From contig JASGHJ010000001.1 of the NCBI GenBank assembly GCA_047602405.1, forward strand, positions 384,001 to 448,000: a stretch of 64,000 nt of DNA. The letters are read 5' to 3'. This DNA is from Anaeromyxobacteraceae bacterium (GTDB lineage: Bacteria; Myxococcota; Myxococcia; Myxococcales; Anaeromyxobacteraceae). Both the position numbers and the translations under genes were made by a program. The notes below the pieces were generated by a model. That model ran no database searches, was not told the DNA's origin, and was given only the letters and a program-made list of their open reading frames with translations. Below are positions 50,058-58,508 of the stretch, in pieces (the first letter of the stretch is position 1; each line of letters begins with the position of its first letter).

Positions 50058-51518
50058 ATGCAACCCGAGGTGAACGCCCCCATCACCCTCCCGCTCTGGT
50101 TCGTGGTGCTCGCGGCGCTCCTCGCGCTGGTCGGCCTGCTCGACCGCATCGTGGGCCCGTCGATCCGCTGGTTCGTCCGTCGGCGCGTCGAGGCGGTGGT
50201 GGACCGGCTGAACGCGAAGCTCCGGCTCCGCATCCACCCGTTCAAGCTCACCCGGCGCCACGTGCTCGTGGACCGCCTGAGCTTCGACCCGCGCGTGCTC
50301 GAGGTGGTCGAGGCGCACATGCGCGAGAGCGGCGAGCCGCGCGAGGCGGTCATGGGCCGGGTGCGGCGCTACGCGCTCGAGATCGTCCCGTCGTTCAACG
50401 CCTACGCCTACTTCCGGCTCGGGTACGCGATCGCCCGCGCGGCGGCCCGCGCGCTCTACCGCGTGCGCATCGGCTTCGCCGACGACGCAGGGCTCTCCTC
50501 GATCGATCCCGGCGCGAGCGTGGTGTTCGTGATGAACCACCGCTCGAACATGGACTACGTGCTCGTCTCGTACCTCGCCGCGGAGCGCACCGCGCTCAGC
50601 TACGCGGTGGGCGAGTGGGCCCGGATCTGGCCGCTCCAGAACCTCATCCGGTCGATGGGCGCCTACTTCATCCGCCGCGACTCGCGCGATCCGCTCTACC
50701 GGCGCGTGCTCGAGCGCTACGTGCAGATGGCGACCGAGTCGGGCATCGTCCAGGCGGTCTTCCCGGAGGGCGGGCTCACGCGCGACGGCAACCTGCGCAC
50801 GCCGAAGCTCGGGCTCCTCGACTACATGCTACGCGCGTTCGACGCGCGCAGCCCGCGCGACCTCGTGTTCGTGCCGGTCGGCATCAACTACGACCGGGTG
50901 CTCGAGGACCGCGCGCTGCTCCTCGACGGCACGGGCGAGAAGCCCGGCCTCGTCTCGAAGAGCGCGGCGGCGGCGCGGTTCGCGGTGCGGCAGGCCGGGC
51001 TGTGGATGCTGGGGCGCTGGCACCGCTTCGGGTATGCGTGCGTGAACTTCGGCACGCCGCTCTCCATGCGCGAGTGGACCTCGCGCCGTGGGGTGGACCT
51101 GCGCGCGCTCGCGGGCGACGAGCGGAGGCGCGAGGTCGAGGCGTTCGGCAAGGAGCTCATGGCGGCGGTCGGCAAGGTCGTGCCGGTGCTGCCGGTCTCG
51201 CTCGTGTCGACCGTGCTGCTGGAGGCCCGCGGCGCGCCGGTGCCGGCCCTCGAGCTGCACCACCGGGTGCAGGCGCTGATGCGGCGCCTGGAGCGATCGA
51301 GCGCGGTGGTGTACGTGCCGCGGACGGATGAGGAGTACGCGACCGCGGTGGGGCTCCGGATGCTCACCCTCCGGCGGCTGGTCGAGGAGCGGGAGGGCGG
51401 GTTCGTCGCAACCTCCGGTGAGGAGCGGGTGCTGCGCTACTACGCGGGCTCGATCGGCCACCTCGTCGCGGCGGCGGCGGCCCGCGAAACGGACGCTGGG
51501 TCCGCGCCGGCGGCCTGA
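50058..51518 (+). CDS. Glycerol-3-phosphate acyltransferase (PlsB-like)
   Basis: NHRSNMDY, GAYFIRR, FPEGGLTRDG, VPVGINYDRVLE. Confidence 0.88.
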   Translation: MQPEVNAPITLPLWFVVLAALLALVGLLDRIVGPSIRWFVRRRVEAVVDRLNAKLRLRIHPFKLTRRHVLVDRLSFDPRVLEVVEAHMRESGEPREAVMGRVRRYALEIVPSFNAYAYFRLGYAIARAAARALYRVRIGFADDAGLSSIDPGASVVFVMNHRSNMDYVLVSYLAAERTALSYAVGEWARIWPLQNLIRSMGAYFIRRDSRDPLYRRVLERYVQMATESGIVQAVFPEGGLTRDGNLRTPKLGLLDYMLRAFDARSPRDLVFVPVGINYDRVLEDRALLLDGTGEKPGLVSKSAAAARFAVRQAGLWMLGRWHRFGYACVNFGTPLSMREWTSRRGVDLRALAGDERRREVEAFGKELMAAVGKVVPVLPVSLVSTVLLEARGAPVPALELHHRVQALMRRLERSSAVVYVPRTDEEYATAVGLRMLTLRRLVEEREGGFVATSGEERVLRYYAGSIGHLVAAAAARETDAGSAPAA

Positions 51519-51613
51519 GGACCCCCGGGGCGCACGGCCGCACCGCCCGGGACACTGCCCGGCCTCGCGCCGCCGTGTTACTCAACGTTTCATGGGGGAC
51601 CGGCTCGCCGGCG

Positions 51614-53509
51614 ATGCGAGGAGCCTCGAGGAGCTTCTTCGAGGCGCTCCTCACGTACGTCGGGGACCCCGTCCTCCTCACCCGGCCCGACGGCGGCATC
51701 CTGCGCGCGAACCCGGCGGCCTGCCGGGCGCTCGGCCGGACCGAGCCGGAGATCTGCGCGCTCGGCCGCGCCGGCGTCATCGAGGCCTCGCCGGAGCTCT
51801 CGCGGATGCTGGAGGAGCGGGCGCGCCTGGGCGCGACCCGCGGCGAGCTGCGCTTCCGCAAGGCCGACGGCTCGACCTTCCCCGCCGACGTCACCAGCAC
51901 CGCCGTGCCGGTGGCCTCGGGCGAGCCGGTCACGCTGGTCGTCTTCCGCGACGCGACGGAGCGCAAGCAGCTCCTCGAGGCGCTGCGCGAGAGCGAGACC
52001 CGCTTCCGGGCGGCGTTCGACGCCCTGCCCGACGCGGTGAGCGTCACCGACCTCGCGACGGGCAAGTTCCTGCTCGTCAACGAGGGGGCGCGCCTCGTGA
52101 CGGGGTGGACCCCCGACGAGCTCGTCGGGCACGGCGCCCTCGAGCGCGGCCTCTGGGCCGACGGGGACCGCGAGGAGGCGGTCGGCGACCTCCTGCGAGA
52201 CGGCGTGCTCAGGGACTTCGACACGCGCCTGCGCCGTAAGGACGGGTCGGTCATCGAGGTCCTCCTGTCCGCCCGGCCGCTGAAGGTCTATGGTCGCGAC
52301 CTCCTCCTGACCATCACCCGGGACGTCACCCGCGAGCGCCAGGCCCTGCGCGATCGCGACGCCGCCCAGGCGCAGCTGCGCGAGAGCCAGCGGCTCGAGT
52401 CGCTCGGCCGCCTCGCGGGCGGCGTGGCGCACGACTTCAACAACCTCCTCACGGTGATCCTGGGCTGCGGCGGCTCGCTCGAGGAGGACCTGCGCCGCGG
52501 CGCGACGCCGGACCCGGAGGACCTCGCCGAGCTCCACGCGGCCGCGGAGCGGGCGCGCGACCTCACCCGCCAGCTCCTCGCGTTCGCGCGCCGCGAGGTG
52601 CCCTCCCCGGTCCCGCTCGACGTGGGCGCGACGGTGCAGAAGATGGAGAAGCTGCTCCGCCGGGTCCTGGGCGAGGACGTCGAGCTGCTCGTGGGCACGC
52701 CCCCCGAGCCGCGCCTCGTGCGGTGCGATCCCACCCAGCTCGAGCAGGTGATCCTGAACCTCGCGGTCAACGCGCGGGACGCCCTGCCCCGCGGCGGCAA
52801 GCTGCTCGTGGAGGCGCGGAACGTGACGCTCGACGACCGGCTCCTCGCCCGGTTCCCGGGCGCCCAGCCCGGGCCGCACGTGCTGCTCGTCGTGCAGGAC
52901 AACGGCGTCGGCATGCGGGCCGAGGTGCGCGAGCACGCCTTCGAGCCGCTCTTCACGACGAAGGGCGAGGGGAAGGGCACCGGGCTCGGGCTCGCGACGG
53001 TGTACGGCATCGTCGGCCAGGCGGGCGGGCAGATCGCGCTCGAGAGCGCGCCCGGGCTCGGGACGAAGGTCGAGATCCTCCTGCCCGCGGTCGCGGGGGC
53101 GCCCGCCGCGCCGCAGCCCCGCCCGCCCGCCGGCCCGGGCGGCTGCGAGACCGTGATCGTGGTCGAGGACGATCCGCGCGTGCGCGAGGTCGCGTGCCGC
53201 ATCCTGCGCCAGGCCGGCTACCGGGTGCTCGACGCCGGCACCGGCGAGGACGCCCTCACGCTCGTCGCCGGGGAGAGCGTGGACCTCGTGCTCTCGGACG
53301 TGGTCATGCCGGCGCTGAACGGCCGGCAGCTCGCCGATCGCCTCCGCGAGCGCCCCGCGCCGCCGCGGATGCTGTTCATGTCCGGGCACCCGCAGGAGAC
53401 GGTCTACCGGCGCGGGCTCCTCGATCCGGGCACCCCGCTCCTCGCGAAGCCGTTCACGCCCGCCGCGCTGCTCGGCCGGGTGCGCGAGGTGCTGGACGCG
53501 CCGCGCTGA
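51614..53509 (+). CDS. Hybrid sensor histidine kinase (2 PAS, HisKA, HATPase, receiver)
   Basis: GRLAGGVAHDFNN, GKGTGLGL, SDVVMP, KPF; start uncertain (51575/51614). Confidence 0.9.
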   Translation: MRGASRSFFEALLTYVGDPVLLTRPDGGILRANPAACRALGRTEPEICALGRAGVIEASPELSRMLEERARLGATRGELRFRKADGSTFPADVTSTAVPVASGEPVTLVVFRDATERKQLLEALRESETRFRAAFDALPDAVSVTDLATGKFLLVNEGARLVTGWTPDELVGHGALERGLWADGDREEAVGDLLRDGVLRDFDTRLRRKDGSVIEVLLSARPLKVYGRDLLLTITRDVTRERQALRDRDAAQAQLRESQRLESLGRLAGGVAHDFNNLLTVILGCGGSLEEDLRRGATPDPEDLAELHAAAERARDLTRQLLAFARREVPSPVPLDVGATVQKMEKLLRRVLGEDVELLVGTPPEPRLVRCDPTQLEQVILNLAVNARDALPRGGKLLVEARNVTLDDRLLARFPGAQPGPHVLLVVQDNGVGMRAEVREHAFEPLFTTKGEGKGTGLGLATVYGIVGQAGGQIALESAPGLGTKVEILLPAVAGAPAAPQPRPPAGPGGCETVIVVEDDPRVREVACRILRQAGYRVLDAGTGEDALTLVAGESVDLVLSDVVMPALNGRQLADRLRERPAPPRMLFMSGHPQETVYRRGLLDPGTPLLAKPFTPAALLGRVREVLDAPR

Positions 53510-53512
53510 GCC

Positions 53513-54145
53513 TCACTCGACGAGGCGGTGCTGCAGCGCGTACCGGGTGAGCTCGACGTTCGTGGAGACGCCCAGCTTCGCGGAGATCCGCTGCCGGTAG
53601 GTGGAGATCGTCTTCTCCGAGAGCGAGAGCTCCGCCGCGATCTCCTTCAGCGTCCGGCCGCGGGCGACCATCCGCAGCACCTCGAGCTCCCGCTGCGAGA
53701 GCGCCTCGTGGCCGGGCCGCGGCGCGTCCCCGCCGAGGAGCGCCGCGAGCCGCTCCGCCAGCGCCGGCGTCACGTAGCGCCGGCCCTCGAGGGCGGTGCG
53801 GCAGGCGGAGAGGAGCTCGCCGCCGGGGGCGGCCTTCGTCACGTAGCCCGCGGCGCCGAGCTTCAGGCAGCGCACGGCGAACTCCTCCTCCGGGTGCGCG
53901 GAGAGCACGAGCACCGGCAGCTTCGGCCAGCGCCGCCGCGCCTCCTCGAGGAGGTCGAGCCCGCCCCGGCCCGGCAGCGACAGGTCGAGGAGCACGAGGT
54001 CCCAGGCGCGCGCCTCGAGCGCCGCCTGCCCCTCGGCCGTCGTGGACGCCTCGCCGAACTCGGCACCCGGGAAGCCCTCGTTCAGGAGCAGGCGGGTGCC
54101 GGCCCGGACCACCGCGTGGTCGTCGACGAGCAGGATCGCCGTCAA
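53513..54145 (-). CDS. NarL/LuxR family response regulator
   Basis: ILLVDDHAVVR, LLDLSLPG, LSQRELEV...LSEKTISTYR; TTG start overlaps the kinase stop. Confidence 0.93.
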   Translation of the reverse strand: MTAILLVDDHAVVRAGTRLLLNEGFPGAEFGEASTTAEGQAALEARAWDLVLLDLSLPGRGGLDLLEEARRRWPKLPVLVLSAHPEEEFAVRCLKLGAAGYVTKAAPGGELLSACRTALEGRRYVTPALAERLAALLGGDAPRPGHEALSQRELEVLRMVARGRTLKEIAAELSLSEKTISTYRQRISAKLGVSTNVELTRYALQHRLVE

Positions 54146-55104
54146 GGCACGACCTCCTGGAGGCTGCCGAGGGGGATGCGCGCGCGCACCCGGGTGCCGC
54201 CCCGATCCTGGCGCTCGAAGGTGACCTCCCCGCCCTCCATGGTGGCGCGCTCGCGCATCGAGGCGAGGCCGAGGGCCACCGGGTCGGCGGCGAGCGCGGG
54301 GTCGAGGCCCACGCCGTCGTCCGAGACCTCGAGCTCGGCGATGGCCTCGCGCACGCCGAGGCGGATGGCGACGTGCCGGGCCCGGGCGTGGCGCGCCACG
54401 TTGGTGAGGGCCTCCTGCGCGATGCGGTAGAGCGCGGTGGCCTTGCCGGTGGGCAGCGCCGGGAGCGGCTCGTCGAGCCGGACCTCGCAGCCGATCGAGG
54501 CCCGCCGCGCGAACCGCCGGCCCTCCTCGCGGAGCGCCTCGCCGAGCCCGAGCCGGTCGAGCGACGCGGGCCGGAGATCCCCGGCGATCCGCTGCACCTC
54601 CGCGACGGTCTGGCGGGCGAGCTCGGAGGCGGCGACCGCGCGATCCACGAGCGCGCTCGCCCCCTGGCCGGCCGGCATGGCCTCGAGGCGGCCCTCCAGC
54701 CAGTCGAGGTCCATGGAGAGGCCGGTGAGCAGCTGCCCGAGCTCGTCGTGCAGGTCGCGGGCGATGCGCGCCTTCTCCTCCTCGCGCACCTGCTGCAGGC
54801 GCGCGGCGAGCGCGCGGAGCTGGACGTTCGTGCGCTGGAGCCGGTCGTTCGCCTCGCGGACCTCCTGCTCGGCGGCCCTCACGAGCCGGAGCTGGCGGCG
54901 CAGCGCCCCCCACAGGAGGAGCCCGGTGACGGCGACGAAGAGGAAGCCCTTCGCGATCGAGAGCCGCTCGACGGTCTTCGGGTCGGTGCCGAAGAGCCAG
55001 AGCAGCCGGTCCGACCAGACGATCCACGCGCCCGCCGCGAGGGCGTAGCCCAGCGCGAACACGCCCGCCGGCAGCGGTCGCTCGAAGGGGCTCGGCCGGG
55101 CCAT
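54142..55104 (-). CDS. HisKA_3 sensor histidine kinase (original start codon lies across the intron at 57033-57035)
   Basis: EEKARIARDLHDELGQ, QEALTNVARHA, DDGVG, LGLASMRERA. Confidence 0.92.
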   Translation of the reverse strand: MARPSPFERPLPAGVFALGYALAAGAWIVWSDRLLWLFGTDPKTVERLSIAKGFLFVAVTGLLLWGALRRQLRLVRAAEQEVREANDRLQRTNVQLRALAARLQQVREEEKARIARDLHDELGQLLTGLSMDLDWLEGRLEAMPAGQGASALVDRAVAASELARQTVAEVQRIAGDLRPASLDRLGLGEALREEGRRFARRASIGCEVRLDEPLPALPTGKATALYRIAQEALTNVARHARARHVAIRLGVREAIAELEVSDDGVGLDPALAADPVALGLASMRERATMEGGEVTFERQDRGGTRVRARIPLGSLQEVVP

Positions 55105-57032
55105 TGGTCGATCCTGGCGCAGTACCGGCCGTTAGGCCAGCCTGGTTCCAGGGCCTCCTTTCAAACCGTGCGTGCGGGTTTCCCGCACACGGCTTAACGA
55201 TGGTCTTCGCGCGGCAGCTTGCGCGGGGTTGCGGACGCGGCCCATGCAGCGGTGCAGGCCAAGCTCGAAGAGACGTTCGAAGGGCCAAGCCTCGTACTGA
55301 TAGCGAGTCCGCTGACCACCGCGCCGATGGAGCCAGCGCGTGATCCGTTCGTGCACGTACCAGTCGACGCGGTTGAACTCCCGATCCGCTGTTCCGGTCC
55401 GGAAGTAGTTGGCCCAGCCCCGGATGACGGGGTTCACGGACGCGATGACCTCCTTCACGTCCTTCGCCCCGCTCCTGCGCACGTCCGTCAGCTCGTGGAC
55501 GCGCTCGCGGACGCGGGTCATCGCCTTCGGTGAGGGCCAGCGGTGCATGTAGTGCCGGTCGGGGCGCCGCTGGATGCTGCGCCGCTTCCGGTTCACGCAC
55601 CCGAGGAAGGTGAAGCCTTCCTTTCCTCGCCTCAGATCGACGATCCGCGTCTTCTCCGGGTGCAGCGTCAGGCCGAGGCGCGCCATGATGAGCTCGACGC
55701 GCCGCCTCGCCTCGTTCACCTTCGACTCCGTCCCACACATCACGACGAAGTCGTCGGCGTACCGCACCAGGACGCCGAGGTGCTTGCACCTCTGCGCCCA
55801 GATCCGGTCGAGCTCGTGCAGGTAGACGTTGGCGAGCAGCGGCGAGATCACTCCACCCTGTGGCGTTCCCGCCACGGGGTTTCTCACCGTGCCCTCCTCC
55901 ATCACCCCGGCCTCCAGCCACTTCCGCAGGAGCTTCAGCACCCTGCGGTCCGAGATCCGCTCCGCCACCATCGCCATCAGCTTCTGCTGGTCGATGCTGT
56001 CGAAGTACGCCTTGATGTCGGCGTCGAGCACGAAGTTGTGACCCTGGTTGCCAGCCTCGCGGATGGCCTCCAGCGCCTGCGTCGCGCTCCGCTTCGGCCG
56101 GAACCCGTAGCTCGACGACAGGAAGTCGGCCTCGAAGATCGGCTCGAGCACCAACTTCGCAGCCATCTGCGCCACGCGATCCCGCACCGTCGGGATCCCG
56201 AGCGGCCGCTGCTTTCCGTCTGCCTTCGGGATGTACCGCCGCCTCACCGGGAGGGGGCGGTATTCGCCTGCCAGGAGATCGGCCTGGATCCCTTCGAGGA
56301 ACGCCTCGACTCCGCTCTCCTCGATGGCCCGGATGGACTCGCCGTCCACCCCTGCCGCGCCTCCGTTGCTGCGCACCCGCTTCCACGCTTCCCGCAGGAC
56401 GTCACCCCTGCAGATCCGGTCGTACAATGCGTGAAAGCGCCGCGTGCTGCTCCGCTTGGCGGCCACGTAAAGCCGGCGCTGGAGTTCTCGCACTTTGTCG
56501 ATGGGGGTGTTGGGCCTCACGGCCATGCCCTCGCGCTTACCCCCAGTGCCGACGCGACCAAAGCAGGGCCCCTTCCCTCCGCGCGGTTATCCCGCGCCTC
56601 ACCGGTACTACGGGCCCCTCGGACTCCCTTCCGGCTCCTCGCGCTTTCGACTCCCGTCTTATGCGCTCGGTCTCTGCCCGACGCGGGCTGCCGGCGAGGG
56701 TCTCTCGTGTTCCACACCGATCCTTCGCGACGTGCCGCCGCCCCTACCCCGGGGAGCCCCAGCGTCCGTTCCGGACCAAGGACGCTGTGCATCGCCTTCG
56801 CCGTGGCATGACCGGCTCGGCGCTCCCGAACACCTTTCGGCTGAGGATCTGTCGAGGCTGAAGCGTTCACCTTGTTGCGGCCCGCCGCTTCGCTTCCTCC
56901 GTACGTGAGGCTTTCGACGCACCGCTCGGCATGCCCGGTCTCCCGGACAAGCTGGTGCCTGCTTCCGGGCTCTCCGGCGATTACCCGGACCGGACTCTCA
57001 CCGGCTGGATCGGTGCAGCTTCCACGACGCAC
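55102..57032 (-). mobile_element. Group II intron (about 1.93 kb)
   Basis: 5' GTGCG at 57032; domain V AAGCCGTGTGCGGGAAACCCGCACGCACGGTTT at 55163-55195; 3' end ACCAAT(G); internal RT; ends uncertain by 1 nt. Confidence 0.92.
55132..56526 (-). CDS. ltrA: Group II intron reverse transcriptase/maturase, no endonuclease domain
   Basis: [51 protein letters not shown]. Confidence 0.95.
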   Translation of the reverse strand: MAVRPNTPIDKVRELQRRLYVAAKRSSTRRFHALYDRICRGDVLREAWKRVRSNGGAAGVDGESIRAIEESGVEAFLEGIQADLLAGEYRPLPVRRRYIPKADGKQRPLGIPTVRDRVAQMAAKLVLEPIFEADFLSSSYGFRPKRSATQALEAIREAGNQGHNFVLDADIKAYFDSIDQQKLMAMVAERISDRRVLKLLRKWLEAGVMEEGTVRNPVAGTPQGGVISPLLANVYLHELDRIWAQRCKHLGVLVRYADDFVVMCGTESKVNEARRRVELIMARLGLTLHPEKTRIVDLRRGKEGFTFLGCVNRKRRSIQRRPDRHYMHRWPSPKAMTRVRERVHELTDVRRSGAKDVKEVIASVNPVIRGWANYFRTGTADREFNRVDWYVHERITRWLHRRGGQRTRYQYEAWPFERLFELGLHRCMGRVRNPAQAAARRPSLSRVRETRTHGLKGGPGTRLA

Positions 57033-57062
57033 CATGCCCGGAGCCTACTACACCTCGGGGCG

Positions 57063-58205
57063 CTAACCGGCCGGGACGACCGCGAGATCTCCGCCGAGCG
57101 CCCGCTCGAGGTCGGTCACGATCTCCTGCACCGACTTCAGCTCCTCGAAGGTCTTCTCCGGGATCCGGGTGACGCTCGAGCCGCTGTAGAAGAGCCCCTT
57201 CTCGGTGTCGCCGAGGATCGCGCCGCGCAGGAGCGCGTCGGTGATGCAGAAGCTCTCCTGGAAGTCGGACTGGCGGCACAGGCAGACCTCGGCCGAGAGG
57301 CACTCGATGCACGCCTTCGTGCGGCCGCGGTAGCCCTCCTTGCCGAAGAACCACGCCTTGGAGCGCGGCGGGAACCGCTCGCCGCGGGCCAGCGCCTCGG
57401 TGAACGGGTTCCTCACGGCGCGGGCGGCCATCCCCTTCACGCAGCTCTTGATGACCACCACGTCGTCGGCGGTCTTGCCGAGGTGCATCTCCTTGAAGCC
57501 GCGGTGGGTGTCACCGTCGGTGGAGGCGATGAACCGGGTCGCGAGCTGCACGCCCGCGGCGCCCCGCGCGAGCAGCGCGCGCACGTCGGCGCCGTCGATG
57601 CCGCCGGCCGCCACGACCGGGAGCCTCGACGCGCCCACGACCTCCTCCACGAGCGGCCCGATCGCGTGGCCGATGTCGCCGATGTGCCCGCCCGCCTCGG
57701 CGCCCTCGGCGACCAGGAACTCGGCGCCCCACTTCTCGTACATGGCCGCGAGCCGCCCGGAGGAGACGATGCCGGCGAACGGCACCCCGGAGTCCTTGCA
57801 CCAGCGCACGATCTCGCGGGAGATGCCGGCGCCCTGCACGATGAAGGAGACGCCCTCCTCGAGGGAGACCTTCGCGAGGTCGGTGAAGTCCTCCTTGAGG
57901 ATGGCGGCCATGAGGTTCACGCCCACGAACCCGCCGGGCGCCTCCGCGAACGCGCGGCGCAGCTCTCTCCGGAGCATGTCGGGCGTCTTCCCGACCGCGG
58001 ACACGGTGCCGACCGTCACGAACCTCGAGGAGCGCGCCGCGGCGACCTTGCCCGCGAGCCCGTCGGAGGCGTGCAGGCCCATGCCGCCCTGCACGAGGAG
58101 GTGGCGGCCGGAGGCGAGGATCTCGCGGATCGTCGCGGCGGTGAGCCTGGGCGCGCCGGCGACGGGCGCGGCGGAGAGGGCGGCGGACGTGGCGGGAGGA
58201 GTCAT
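57063..58205 (-). CDS. Nitronate monooxygenase / FabK-FabX family flavoprotein with C-terminal Cys cluster
   Basis: VQGGMG, EGAEAGGHIG, VVAAGGI, GVQLATRF; CIECLSAEVCLC...FCI. Confidence 0.85.
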   Translation of the reverse strand: MTPPATSAALSAAPVAGAPRLTAATIREILASGRHLLVQGGMGLHASDGLAGKVAAARSSRFVTVGTVSAVGKTPDMLRRELRRAFAEAPGGFVGVNLMAAILKEDFTDLAKVSLEEGVSFIVQGAGISREIVRWCKDSGVPFAGIVSSGRLAAMYEKWGAEFLVAEGAEAGGHIGDIGHAIGPLVEEVVGASRLPVVAAGGIDGADVRALLARGAAGVQLATRFIASTDGDTHRGFKEMHLGKTADDVVVIKSCVKGMAARAVRNPFTEALARGERFPPRSKAWFFGKEGYRGRTKACIECLSAEVCLCRQSDFQESFCITDALLRGAILGDTEKGLFYSGSSVTRIPEKTFEELKSVQEIVTDLERALGGDLAVVPAG

Positions 58206-58474
58206 GTCGAGCACGATCACGGCGCGCGGTCATGGGCTCGTCACGGGCCGTGAGGAATCCGACGACGCGGTGGGCCATGCGCCGACTCGCGAGTCGATCG
58301 ACACGCGAGTCGATCACGGCGCGCGCTCGACGGACCGCCGGATCGACGCGGCAGCACCCAGCGTCAGGGTGGCTTGCGGTGGGTCAAGCGACCGCGGGCG
58401 TCACGGGGACGCGGGGCGCCGGCGCGCTTCCCAACGTGCGCTCGCCCCTGCAAGATGCCTCCAGGGGCGGAGTC

Positions 58475-58494
58475 CCGTTCACGAACCGTCGACC
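58475..58494 (+). promoter_or_regulatory. Second copy of the CCGTTCACGAACCGT direct-repeat site
   Basis: Exact 15-mer match to the reverse complement of 39861-39875. Confidence 0.55.
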
Positions 58495-58508
58495 GCCCCC
58501 CCCGGACC

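Noticed and set aside
53513..56386. 957-aa ORF joining intron sequence to the response regulator
   Set aside because: The upstream part is Arg/Gly/Pro-rich shadow frame over the RT and kinase; only the last ~210 aa are coding
55132..56526. RT as retron, DGR or defence RT
   Set aside because: GTGCG 5' end, domain V and maturase X domain identify a group II intron; no template/variable repeat pair seen
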